Assembly: GCA_963725555.1 (NCBI GenBank)
Contig: CAVRYV010000012.1
Span: 197,962 to 261,961, forward strand
Length of the DNA stretch: 64,000 bases
Origin: an uncultured Pseudomonadota bacterium
Lineage (GTDB): Bacteria > Pseudomonadota > Alphaproteobacteria > Rhizobiales > Xanthobacteraceae
Direction of reading: 5' to 3'
This document shows positions 1-8,205 of the stretch, one piece after another; positions within the stretch are counted from its first letter, which is position 1, and every line of letters begins with the position of its first letter. Below the pieces are notes generated by a model. That model saw only the letters and a list, made by a program, of their open reading frames with translations. It was not told the DNA's origin and did no database searches. The position numbers were made by a program, and so were the translations under genes.

Positions 1-149
1 TGCTCGTTGGCTTGATACACTGAGGACGCTCGTGCTGCCAACACGCGCCAATTCGACGGCAGCCCGGTTTTGCGTGGATTGCCGAGATTGGTGCGTGCTT
101 GCTATGCCTAAACATGTAGGTAAAGCCGTACTGTGAATGAGGCCGGCCC

Positions 150-983
150 ATGAATGAAGCACGTTTGTCAGGATCCTTGATCGACCGCGATGCCGCGGCC
201 GCGCTCATGGAGCCGCTGACCGATCTCGTGGTCCTGGCCGGCGCCGCCATTCTGGCCGTCAACCGGCTGGCCATGAAGATCGACGGCAAGATCGATGGAT
301 CGCCGGTGACGGAGGCGGATCTGGCGGCCGACCGGATCATCAGCGAAGGTCTGGCGCGGTTGATCCCACAGGTCCCGATGCTATCGGAGGAATGCGTCCC
401 GCTGGAGCAGCCGCCGGGTGACGGCAGCTTCTTCCTGATCGATCCTTTGGACGGCACCAAGGAATTCGTCGCCGGGCGCAACGAATTTACGGTGAACCTC
501 GCGCTGGTCACCAACGGCACGCCGCTGCTCGGCATCATCGGCGCGCCGGCGCTCGGACTGATATGGCGAGGCCTGCTCGGTCGCGGCGCGGAGCGGCTGA
601 CGATAAGCGATGGCGCCGCGCGGCTGGCTGAACCGATCCGTACCCGTCGCATGCCGCAGCGCGGCGACCCTTGGGTCGTCGCCGTCAGCCGCTCGCACGG
701 CGATAGCCGGACCGAAGCCTTCATCGAAAACAGGCCCGGCGCCGTCCGCCAGATGCTCGGCTCGGCCGTCAAATTCGGCCGTGTCGCGGAAGGCGGCGCC
801 GATATCTATCCGCGGCTCGCCCCCACCAGCGAATGGGACATCGCGGCCGGACATGCGATCGTGACGGCGGCGGGAGGCAAGGTCACGGATGCGCACGGAT
901 CCGACGTGCATTTCGGTCGAGGACGCAAAGACTTTATCGTGCCGGAATTCATCGCCTGGGGCGATCCTGCCGCGGCGCGATGA
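150..983 (+). CDS. cysQ: 3'(2'),5'-bisphosphate nucleotidase CysQ (inositol monophosphatase family)
   Basis: Motifs SPVTEAD, LSEE, LIDPLDGTKEF, SEWDIAAGHAI. Confidence 0.92.
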   Translation: MNEARLSGSLIDRDAAAALMEPLTDLVVLAGAAILAVNRLAMKIDGKIDGSPVTEADLAADRIISEGLARLIPQVPMLSEECVPLEQPPGDGSFFLIDPLDGTKEFVAGRNEFTVNLALVTNGTPLLGIIGAPALGLIWRGLLGRGAERLTISDGAARLAEPIRTRRMPQRGDPWVVAVSRSHGDSRTEAFIENRPGAVRQMLGSAVKFGRVAEGGADIYPRLAPTSEWDIAAGHAIVTAAGGKVTDAHGSDVHFGRGRKDFIVPEFIAWGDPAAAR

Positions 984-996
984 GCGAGACCACCCG

Positions 997-1551
997 CTAT
1001 TGGGCCAGCGTCTCTTCCAGCTCAGGCCAGCGCTGGTCCGCGTTGCGCAAAACCGGCGCGGGATCGGCGGCAAAGGCGTTTCGGGTCTGTTCGCGGCCGA
1101 ACAGATAAAGCCGCTCGCCCGAGACCAGCCAGAACCGCGGATTGCCCGCAACGGTAACGCCGCGCGCGAGGTCGATCGGGTCGTAGCCGCCATATTGCGG
1201 ACCGTAAATATCGGGATGGGCGACAAACGATGCGCGGTCGCCCTCGTTACGGAAACGCCAGATCGCGCCGGCTTGCGAGGCTTCGAAATCCTCCAGACCG
1301 AGCTCGGGACGGGCGTCGGTAAAATAGGCGACCGGGTCGAAACCTTCGATGGCAAGGCCGGTAAACCGATTGACGACCACGCGTTCGGTCGTCGTGGCCC
1401 GCGCCGCGGATGACAGGCAGGCCAGGCCGCCAGCACTGGTCCAAACGAGGGTCGCCCCGACAAGGCTTGCCCAGGAGACGATCAAGGCTATTCCGGGGCG
1501 AAAGACGCCGGTCGAACAACTTCCGTTTCTTTCCTGCCGTTGTGCCGTCAT
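997..1551 (-). CDS. YHS domain-containing exported protein
   Basis: LAIEGFDPVAYF, PQYGGYDP and RLYLF YHS-type motifs; N-terminal hydrophobic segment; ATG 1551 chosen within ORF 997..1617. Confidence 0.75.
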   Translation of the reverse strand: MTAQRQERNGSCSTGVFRPGIALIVSWASLVGATLVWTSAGGLACLSSAARATTTERVVVNRFTGLAIEGFDPVAYFTDARPELGLEDFEASQAGAIWRFRNEGDRASFVAHPDIYGPQYGGYDPIDLARGVTVAGNPRFWLVSGERLYLFGREQTRNAFAADPAPVLRNADQRWPELEETLAQ

Positions 1552-1662
1552 AGTTGCTGCCGATAACATCCGAGTCGGGGGACAATGGACGCAACCTAGG
1601 GCCGTGAAGGTTGGCAACGGGTTAAGGCGGCGTCCATGATTTCGATACCCAGGGGTTCTTTG

Positions 1663-2262
1663 ATGATTTTCGCCTCACGCCTTGCCGCGGTGACGCTCGC
1701 CGCGATGATGTGCTGGACGTTGCCGGCTTTCGCGCAGCAGGACCAGGAGCAGCCGCCACCGCCACGCGTACCTGGTTCGACCACCTATGAACCGGACGAA
1801 TTGACCAACGCCGGACACCGGTTTTTCGGCAACGTTTCGCGTGGCCTCGCCTCGGTGATCGAGCGCGCGGTCAGCCAATGGGGCCTGCCGAACGGCTACG
1901 TGCTCGGCGAAGAAGGCAGCGGCGCTTTCGTCGCCGGCCTGAGATACGGCGAAGGCACGCTCTACACCAAGAATGCCGGCGACCTGCGGGTCTACTGGCA
2001 AGGCCCCTCGGTCGGCTTCGACTGGGGCGGCGATGGCGCCCGCACCATGACGCTGGTTTACAACCTTCCCTCCACCAGCGCGATCTACCAGCGCTTCGCC
2101 GGCATCGATGGCTCTGCCTACATTATCGGCGGCTTCGGGATGACGGCGCTGACGGCCAACAACATCGTGCTGGTGCCGATCCGGTCCGGCATCGGCCTGC
2201 GGCTCGGCGCCAATATCGGCTATCTCAAATACACCCCACGGCCGACCTGGAACCCGTTCTGA
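1663..2262 (+). CDS. eipA: DUF1134 family protein (EipA-like envelope integrity protein)
   Basis: Signal peptide; PNGYVLGEEGSGAFVAGLRYGEG, YWQGPSVGFDWG and C-terminal PTWNPF. Confidence 0.8.
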   Translation: MIFASRLAAVTLAAMMCWTLPAFAQQDQEQPPPPRVPGSTTYEPDELTNAGHRFFGNVSRGLASVIERAVSQWGLPNGYVLGEEGSGAFVAGLRYGEGTLYTKNAGDLRVYWQGPSVGFDWGGDGARTMTLVYNLPSTSAIYQRFAGIDGSAYIIGGFGMTALTANNIVLVPIRSGIGLRLGANIGYLKYTPRPTWNPF

Positions 2263-2447
2263 TCCGTTTCGGAACCCGCTCTGGTAAGGGATTCACGTTA
2301 ACGCGGCATTGGGCTGGCGTTTCCCCCGCCCGCCATGGCATTGTGATTAACGAAACGTTTCTTCGCGCAAACCTGTGTGCACCCGGACCAGGTCCGGGCT
2401 GGCTTTCGCCGGGAAACGCTCTTTAGTTGGAGTTGGGAGTTTCGTTC

Positions 2448-3725
2448 ATGATCGAACCGATCATGTATCTGGCGATCGGTTTTCTGGTCTCGATGCTGTT
2501 CGGGCTGATGATCGTGCCGCTGGTGCATAACCGCGCGGTGCGGTTGACAACGCGACGCATGGAGGCGGCGACGCCGCTGTCGATGGCCGAAATTCAGGCC
2601 GACAAGGATCAGCTGCGCGCGGAATTCGCCATGTCGGCGCGACGGCTGGAGATGAGCGTCGACCAGCTCAAGAGCAAGACCACCAGCCAGCTCGCCGAAC
2701 TCGGCAAGAAATCCGACGCGATCAATCGCATGAAGATTGAACTTGGCGAGAAGAACGCCACGATCTTTTCGCTCGAAGCCCGCGAAAAGGCGGTCAAGGA
2801 GCAGATGCGGGCCACCGAAGAGGAATTCGTCACCAAGACCGACGCGCTGCGATCCGCCGAACTGGCGCTGGCCGACAAGCAAAGCGAGCTTGCCAAGATC
2901 AATGCCGCCTTGGCGGACCGCTCGCTGATGGCCGAGAGCCGCCAGGTCGAATTGGTGGCGGTGCGCGCCCAGATCGATGCGCTGCAGAACCGCGTTGGCG
3001 ACGCCGAAAAGGAATTTGCCGCCACCCAGACCCGGCTTGAGCAGCAGCGCGGCGAATCCGACGTCGCGACGCGCGAACTCACCGCGGCGCGCGGGCGCGT
3101 CGAGAATCTGAGCCAGCGCGTGACCGATCTCGATCGCCAGCTGATCGCCCAGGTCAAGGAAGCCGAAATGCTCGGCAGCCGCGTCAACGATCTGGAAACG
3201 CGTCTGGCCACGCAGGGCAAGCTGCTCGCCGAACGCGACTATGAAAACAACCAGCTGCGCCAGCAATACGAGGCCGCCCAGCGCGCCGCCAAGGAAGCGC
3301 GCGATGAAATCACCGCCACCAGGAGCGGCAAATCGCCGGCGCTGGAAAAGCTGAAGGCCGAGAAAGCGGCGGCTGAGGAGCAGCTCCGCATCGTGCGCGA
3401 CGAACGCGCCAAATTGCAGCGCGACATCAATACGATTCAGCAGCAGACCGAGAGTTCGTGGGCGACCGAGCGCATGGAAAATGCGCTGCTGCGCGAACGC
3501 ATCAACGATATCGCCGCTGAGGTCGCCAAACTTGCGATGCAGCTCGAAGGGCCGAATTCGCCGATCGAGGCGATGCTGGCCGCCGAACCGGTGATTCCGG
3601 CCAAGGCCCCGCGCGCCAACGGCGCCACCGCCAATGCCGGTATCTCCGAAGGCGGCGGCACCCTCGCCGACCGCATCCGCGCCCTGCAATCCCACGCCTC
3701 CCGCGCGCGTTTGCACCAGGGTTGA
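2448..3725 (+). CDS. Membrane-anchored long coiled-coil protein of unknown function
   Basis: N-terminal TM helix followed by about 300 aa of heptad-like A/E/L/Q/R/K sequence; host-like codon usage. Confidence 0.8.
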   Translation: MIEPIMYLAIGFLVSMLFGLMIVPLVHNRAVRLTTRRMEAATPLSMAEIQADKDQLRAEFAMSARRLEMSVDQLKSKTTSQLAELGKKSDAINRMKIELGEKNATIFSLEAREKAVKEQMRATEEEFVTKTDALRSAELALADKQSELAKINAALADRSLMAESRQVELVAVRAQIDALQNRVGDAEKEFAATQTRLEQQRGESDVATRELTAARGRVENLSQRVTDLDRQLIAQVKEAEMLGSRVNDLETRLATQGKLLAERDYENNQLRQQYEAAQRAAKEARDEITATRSGKSPALEKLKAEKAAAEEQLRIVRDERAKLQRDINTIQQQTESSWATERMENALLRERINDIAAEVAKLAMQLEGPNSPIEAMLAAEPVIPAKAPRANGATANAGISEGGGTLADRIRALQSHASRARLHQG

Positions 3726-3736
3726 GCCAGCGTTTC

Positions 3737-3768
3737 GTAGCCCGGATAAGCGAACCGACATCCGGGAT
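3737..3768. repeat. Short palindromic (REP-like) repeat, GTAGCCCGGAT family
   Basis: gtagcccggataagcgaaccgacatccggg; relatives at 23285-23357 and about 45579-45594. Confidence 0.7.
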
Positions 3769-3847
3769 ATGAACGTCGCGTTGCACGGCTGGCGGCATCC
3801 GAACCACACTGCCTTCGAGATTTCAATTTTAAAGCAGCTTACGTTTG

Positions 3848-3978
3848 GTCGTCCCTGCGAAAGCAGGGACCGATACTCTGTGCCGCCGATGTTCTCGGTG
3901 ATGTCGACATCCTTGTTGCACCGCTGCTTACATGCACATGCGCCGGGGCTTATGGGTCCCTGCTTTCGCAGGGACGAC
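3848..3978. repeat. Bipartite palindromic repeat, GTCGTCCCTGCG family
   Basis: gtcgtccctgcgaaagcagggacc ... gggtccctgctttcgcagggacgac; second copy at 13770-13886. Confidence 0.85.
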
Positions 3979-3988
3979 GAAAGCAAGC

Positions 3989-4018
3989 CGTCATTGCGAG
4001 CGTTAGCGAAGCAATCCA
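3989..4018. repeat. Palindromic repeat, GTCATTGCG...GAAGCAATCCAG family (half copy)
   Basis: gtcattgcgagcgttagcgaagcaatccag; fuller relative at 21519-21607. Confidence 0.7.
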
Positions 4019-4029
4019 GCAGTGCTTCT

Positions 4030-4590
4030 GTCATGCACGCCTAAATTCGAGTGTAGCCACAACTTCGCGATCTCGCCGCGCGTTTCGCGCGAGTTTTGCT
4101 CTGACGTTCCGCCCTCCTCGATCAGAAGGCGCCGTGCTACCCCGAGAAGGGGGCAGGGAATGCCGGACGCCCGAAGCGTCCGCGGCCTCGTGTGCAAAGG
4201 TAGAAAGCACACGAGTTAGAAACCACGGTCACACCGGGATCACCCGGCATTCCCCGCGCAATGGTTTTAACGGTTTCCTTCGTGCTCTCTCCGGTGACCG
4301 GGCTTTGTTGTCACCGTCATCGCTGGAGTTGCCTCCAACAACTTGACGCCAGCGTCGGGGCGTCAAGACCACACGACTTCGCCGTCCGCAAAGCCAAGCG
4401 CCTTCGTCAATGCGCTGCTTGCGTCCACCGCATCCCGCACCCACGTCCGTGACGATCGCGAAACGCCCCTTGTGGATGGGACGGGACGGCTGGGGATGTA
4501 GAGGTGATTTGGGTCAGATGGGAACGGGAATATTTCTGGAATTGAGACTGGACGGCCGAAATCACATTGATCCGCTTCAATAAAACAGCG
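4030..4590. repeat. Long (about 550 bp) highly structured intergenic element
   Basis: Stems at 4156-4166/4244-4254, 4187-4195/4207-4215, 4292-4298/4310-4316 and 4342-4350/4359-4367; no credible ORF; resembles dispersed Bradyrhizobium repeats (from recall); boundaries approximate. Confidence 0.6.
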
Positions 4591-4660
4591 TTTTGCGAAA
4601 AACTCCGGTCCGTAGGCCGAGCACTCGTCATCCCATCTGCGTCCGATTGAGCTGGCAACC

Positions 4661-4689
4661 TTGACACCGGTGGCCCGCATTCGTAAATC
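4661..4689 (+). promoter_or_regulatory. Sigma70-type promoter of tRNA-Val
   Basis: TTGACA (4661-4666), N17, TAAATC (4684-4689), about 70 bp upstream of the tRNA. Confidence 0.65.
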
Positions 4690-4760
4690 GCTCGCTCTGA
4701 CGGCGTGTATCGCCCGGCCAAACGCTGATTTGCTGCCTTTGACCGGCGCACGAAAATCCC

Positions 4761-4835
4761 GGACGCATAGCTCAGCGGGAGAGCGTTCCCTTCACACGGG
4801 AGAGGTCCAAGGTTCGATCCCTTGTGCGTCCACCA
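4761..4835 (+). tRNA. tRNA-Val (anticodon CAC)
   Basis: Cloverleaf: acceptor GGACGCA/TGCGTCC, anticodon loop TT-CAC-AC, T loop TTCGATC, encoded CCA. Confidence 0.97.
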
Positions 4836-4993
4836 TTTTTTTAAGGGGATTCCGAGCCCTACCGGCTTTTTCCCACCATAGGGTCCCATAGAGCAAAGCG
4901 CCCATAGTTAGGCTCCGCCGGGGTTCAAGATGTCGCGATCTTTCACGCTAAAATCTCTCGCCCCGCTACATCGTTGCGTGCAATGATTTGCTC

Positions 4994-6197
4994 ATGCCGA
5001 AAGTAAACCACGATATAATGCGATGGGCGCGCGAGACTGCCGGACTTACGGTCGACCAAGCCGTCGACAAGCTCGGCATCAACGACGCTAGAGGTGTTAT
5101 CGCCTCCGATCGCCTGGCCGCGATTGAGCAAGGTGCAGTCGAGCCGAGCCGACCGCTTCTGTTGAAGATGGCTCAGCAGTACCGGCGCCCATTGGTCGCG
5201 TTCTATATGAGCGCCGTGCCTCAAAAAGGGGATCGGGGGCAAGATTTTCGAAATATTCCTGATCGGCAGTCTGGCGCCGAAACGCTCATCGACGCGCTGG
5301 TTCGAGATATTCGTGCGCGGCAAAGTACGGTTCGCGACGTCCTGATGGACGAAGAAGAGACGAGGCCGCTTCCGTTTATCGGCTCAATGACGATGGCGGA
5401 CGGCGTCGAGACTGTTGTGGAACTTGATTCGACGTACGCTAGCGGTCGATCTCGCAGAATTTCGCGCTCAAAAGTCTCCGGAACTAGCATTCGCACTGCT
5501 TCGTTCAAGAGCCGAAGCCGCAGGCGTGTTCGTTCTGTTGATTGGGAATCTTGGAAGTCACCATACAGCGATAGATGTTGAAGCTTTCCGAGGATTCGCG
5601 CTAGCCGATACCATTGCTCCTTTCATCGTGATTAATGATCAGGACCACCGTTCCGCTTGGTCTTTCACGCTGATACACGAACTGGCGCATTTATGGCTCG
5701 GCACAACGGGGGTGAGCGGCGGGTCCGCTGATGTCCAAATTGAGAGATTTTGTAACGACGTTGCCGCGGCTTTCCTCTTGCCTCGTCCCGAAATCGCCTC
5801 CGTCCAGATCGAACGCGGCGCAGATATCCAAGCTATCGCACAAAAGATCGGCGTGTTCGCTCAAGAACGCCATCTCAGCCGATCCATGGTCGCTTATAAC
5901 CTTGCGAGCGCAGGGCTAATTGCCGAAGAAGCATGGTTGGCCCTGGCGGCTCTCTTTCGGGCGCAGTGGCGGCAAGGTCGTGACGCCCAACGAGAAAAGC
6001 AACGAGACGGGAACGGCCCAAACTATTATGTGGTCCGCAGGCACCGCTTAGGTGCAGCGCTTCTTCATTTCGTTTCGCGCAATATGAGCGAAGGCGCGCT
6101 AACCCCCACAAAAGCTGGGAGGGTGCTCGGCGTGAAGCCGCGTAGCGTCGCGCCGCTACTGAGCCCGGTAAAAACGTCCGGTGGTCGAGCTGCGTAG
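4994..6197 (+). pseudogene. XRE HTH + ImmA/IrrE (M78) Zn-metallopeptidase, split by a +1 frameshift near 5423
   Basis: HTH in ORF 4988..5581; HELAH and ERFCNDVAAAFLLP in ORF 5415..6197; frames join as ETVVE-LIRRTL if one base near 5423 is removed. Confidence 0.85.
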
Positions 6198-6200
6198 CCC

Positions 6201-6716
6201 ATGCTGTACTTGTTGGATGCAAACGTCCTTATCACCGCACACCACCTGTACTACCCGCTAGATAGCGTTCCTGAATTCTGGGCGTGGTTGGCGCATAAAG
6301 GCAGGACGTCCGACCTGAAAATGCCAATCGAGAACTATGAAGAGGTCAAAGATGGCAGCACCGACGAAGAACAGGATCTGCTTTTCGCCTGGATCAGTGG
6401 GGAAGAGACCAAATCCGCTATCTTGTTCGATGAAGAAGCAGACGTAGAACTCGTCGCGCGAGTGATCAACGAAGGGTACGCGCCGGACCTTACCGACGAC
6501 GAAATTGTACAAATTGGCCGCGACCCGTTTTTGATCGCATACGCTCTGGCCTCTCCGAACGATCGATGTGTCGTAACAACGGAAGTGTCGGCATCTCGAA
6601 AGATGAGGCAGAACAGACGCATTCCGGATGTCTGTCGTACGATGGGCGTTCAATGTTGCAACACGTTTGAAATGTCGAGAGCGCTTGGATTCAAGACGGG
6701 TTGGTCGCCCGGATAA
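6201..6716 (+). CDS. DUF4411 family (PIN-like) protein
   Basis: YLLDANVLI, FWAWL, DPFLIAYA, VVTTE, RIPDVC; starts 3 bp after the peptidase stop. Confidence 0.85.
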   Translation: MLYLLDANVLITAHHLYYPLDSVPEFWAWLAHKGRTSDLKMPIENYEEVKDGSTDEEQDLLFAWISGEETKSAILFDEEADVELVARVINEGYAPDLTDDEIVQIGRDPFLIAYALASPNDRCVVTTEVSASRKMRQNRRIPDVCRTMGVQCCNTFEMSRALGFKTGWSPG

Positions 6717-6785
6717 CTGTAGCTGCGGGTATCGTTACTGTTCGAACGGCCCCAAAGGCTCAAGCCTTTTTGGTAATTTCTGTAG

Positions 6786-6845
6786 GCTAGGCAACGCATT
6801 AGACCCGCGAGCAAAGATGAAAGGAACCGATATGCCGAGCGCTAA
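6786..6845 (+). pseudogene. C-terminal remnant of a BrnT-type toxin
   Basis: Frame reads RIRPASKDERNRYAER* and overlaps the brnA start as in brnTA operons; in-frame TAG at 6783 and no start codon. Confidence 0.5.
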
Positions 6846-7125
6846 GAAAAGGGCTGGCTACAGCCAAAAGGATCTGCGCGACGTCAGCGACAGTCCCGAG
6901 CTGACGAAAGCGGACTTCGCCAGGGCCAAGCCATTCGTGGAAGTCTTCCCCGATCTCGCCGCCTCGATCCGAAAAGGGCGTGGCCCAAACAAGGCGCCGA
7001 CAAAAAAGCTGGTGTCGCTGCGCCTCAGCCCCGAGGTGATCGAACATTTCAAGGCGACGGGTGACGGCTGGCAATCGCGGATCGATGAGACCTTGCGCAA
7101 GGTGGTAAAGCGGAAGGCATTTTGA
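6832..7125 (+). CDS. brnA: BrnA (DUF4415) antitoxin family protein
   Basis: SPELTKADFARA, RGPNKAPTKKLVSLRLSPEVIEHFKATGDGWQSRIDETLR. Confidence 0.88.
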   Translation: MPSAKKRAGYSQKDLRDVSDSPELTKADFARAKPFVEVFPDLAASIRKGRGPNKAPTKKLVSLRLSPEVIEHFKATGDGWQSRIDETLRKVVKRKAF

Positions 7126-7145
7126 AGTACTGGCCGATTGGGCTC

Positions 7146-7307
7146 ATGAGGATAAACTCGGGTCCACTCGCCGCTTCACTTTCTTCAGCACAAGCTCGCA
7201 GCCCATGGGACCCGCGCGGATGCTATGAGCACCATGCCCATCTAAGTCACCACAATCGTGACGTTCATCACAAAGCGCATCACGTCCACCACTCCCGTCA
7301 AGCGTAG
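7146..7307 (+). CDS. Possible His-rich micro-protein (53 aa)
   Basis: C-terminus YEHHAHLSHHNRDVHHKAHHVHHSRQA; AQA signal-like site; no clear RBS. Confidence 0.3.
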   Translation: MRINSGPLAASLSSAQARSPWDPRGCYEHHAHLSHHNRDVHHKAHHVHHSRQA

Positions 7308-7403
7308 CACTTAGCGGACACGGCAACATGGATCGCGGCCTGACGCGGCGAGTAGTAACGTCCATCCCCGGACGCGCACTCACCTCAGATGAAAGGCAAC
7401 ATC

Positions 7404-7694
7404 ATGGCTAACGTCGAATATAAATCCGCAGTCTACACCATCGGACCGTCTTCGAGCCAGCAGTTCACCTTCTGGTGGGGACCGCGATCCACGGGAGCAG
7501 AATACTTTGACGTGTCAATCGGAGTCGATCCCCAACTCCGTCGCCAGGGGCAAGCCCCTCTGGTCGAAGAGAAGCGCGCCTATCTTTTGGATGAGAGCGA
7601 AGGCGACACACGCAACGTTCTACTTCTGACGCTGCGCAATGATAATCGTTTCGAAGTCTTTTTCACGGCGAACCACATTCGGATTTCCAACTGA
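7404..7694 (+). CDS. Small beta-rich hypothetical protein (96 aa)
   Basis: AAAGG RBS before ATG 7404; non-repetitive globular-looking sequence ending before a hairpin. Confidence 0.7.
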   Translation: MANVEYKSAVYTIGPSSSQQFTFWWGPRSTGAEYFDVSIGVDPQLRRQGQAPLVEEKRAYLLDESEGDTRNVLLLTLRNDNRFEVFFTANHIRISN

Positions 7695-7723
7695 TGAAAT
7701 CGCTATCTTCGCACCAGAATGAA

Positions 7724-7749
7724 AGAGGCCGCCCACCAGGGCGGCCTCT
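7724..7749. terminator. Hairpin terminator between convergent genes
   Basis: agaggccgccc-acca-gggcggcctct, 11-bp stem; short T-run on the minus strand. Confidence 0.7.
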
Positions 7750-7776
7750 CGCAGGAAGAGATCTTTTGTCTGGTCG

Positions 7777-7963
7777 GTTGCGCGACGGCAGTCCGTCGAC
7801 GTTGTCGATCGTGTCGTGATAGGAGCCATTCCCGAACAGCGGGCTGGAGGGATTGCTGCCGGGAGTCCTGTAGGTGGGGTGAAATCCCGGGAGATCCGCG
7901 AGGTTGAGCCTTCCGCCGCTAACCGAGTTCGTTGGTATTCAGTTCGTGAATGTCGTTTTTCAT
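7777..7963 (-). pseudogene. Double-glycine-leader (bacteriocin/RiPP-like) precursor peptide, frameshifted
   Basis: AGGAGA RBS; MKNDIHELNTNEL, then after a frameshift at about 7924 VSGG-RLNLADLPGFHPTYRTPGSNPSSPLFGNGSYHDTIDNVDGLPSRN; 3' end approximate. Confidence 0.6.
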
Positions 7964-8039
7964 GTCCATCTCCTGCGTTGTTTAGGAAGGGGCCATCCCC
8001 TCTCAATTGGTGGTCGCAGGAGTACGCGGCGCGGTGCGC

Positions 8040-8055
8040 TGTGATCTCCGTCACA
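8040..8055. promoter_or_regulatory. CRP-family binding site
   Basis: Exact TGTGA-TCTCCG-TCACA (TGTGA-N6-TCACA), 77 bp upstream of the GG-peptide ATG. Confidence 0.5.
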
Positions 8056-8205
8056 GTTCAAAAACAGGCCGCCCGCGAAACGGACATCGTCAGACCGGCA
8101 CGTAACGATGACCAGCACGCCGCATGCCGACTTACCGTTTGCAGCACGAGGCCGGCTGATATCTGGAGCTCGGCCGACCGCTTCAAGATAACGCGGAATC
8201 CTTGT

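Noticed and set aside
997-1551. Selenoprotein status of the YHS protein
   Set aside because: No in-frame TGA or SECIS-like signal
2298-4034. 578-aa minus-strand ORF
   Set aside because: Antisense shadow of the coiled-coil gene and repeats; no protein-like features
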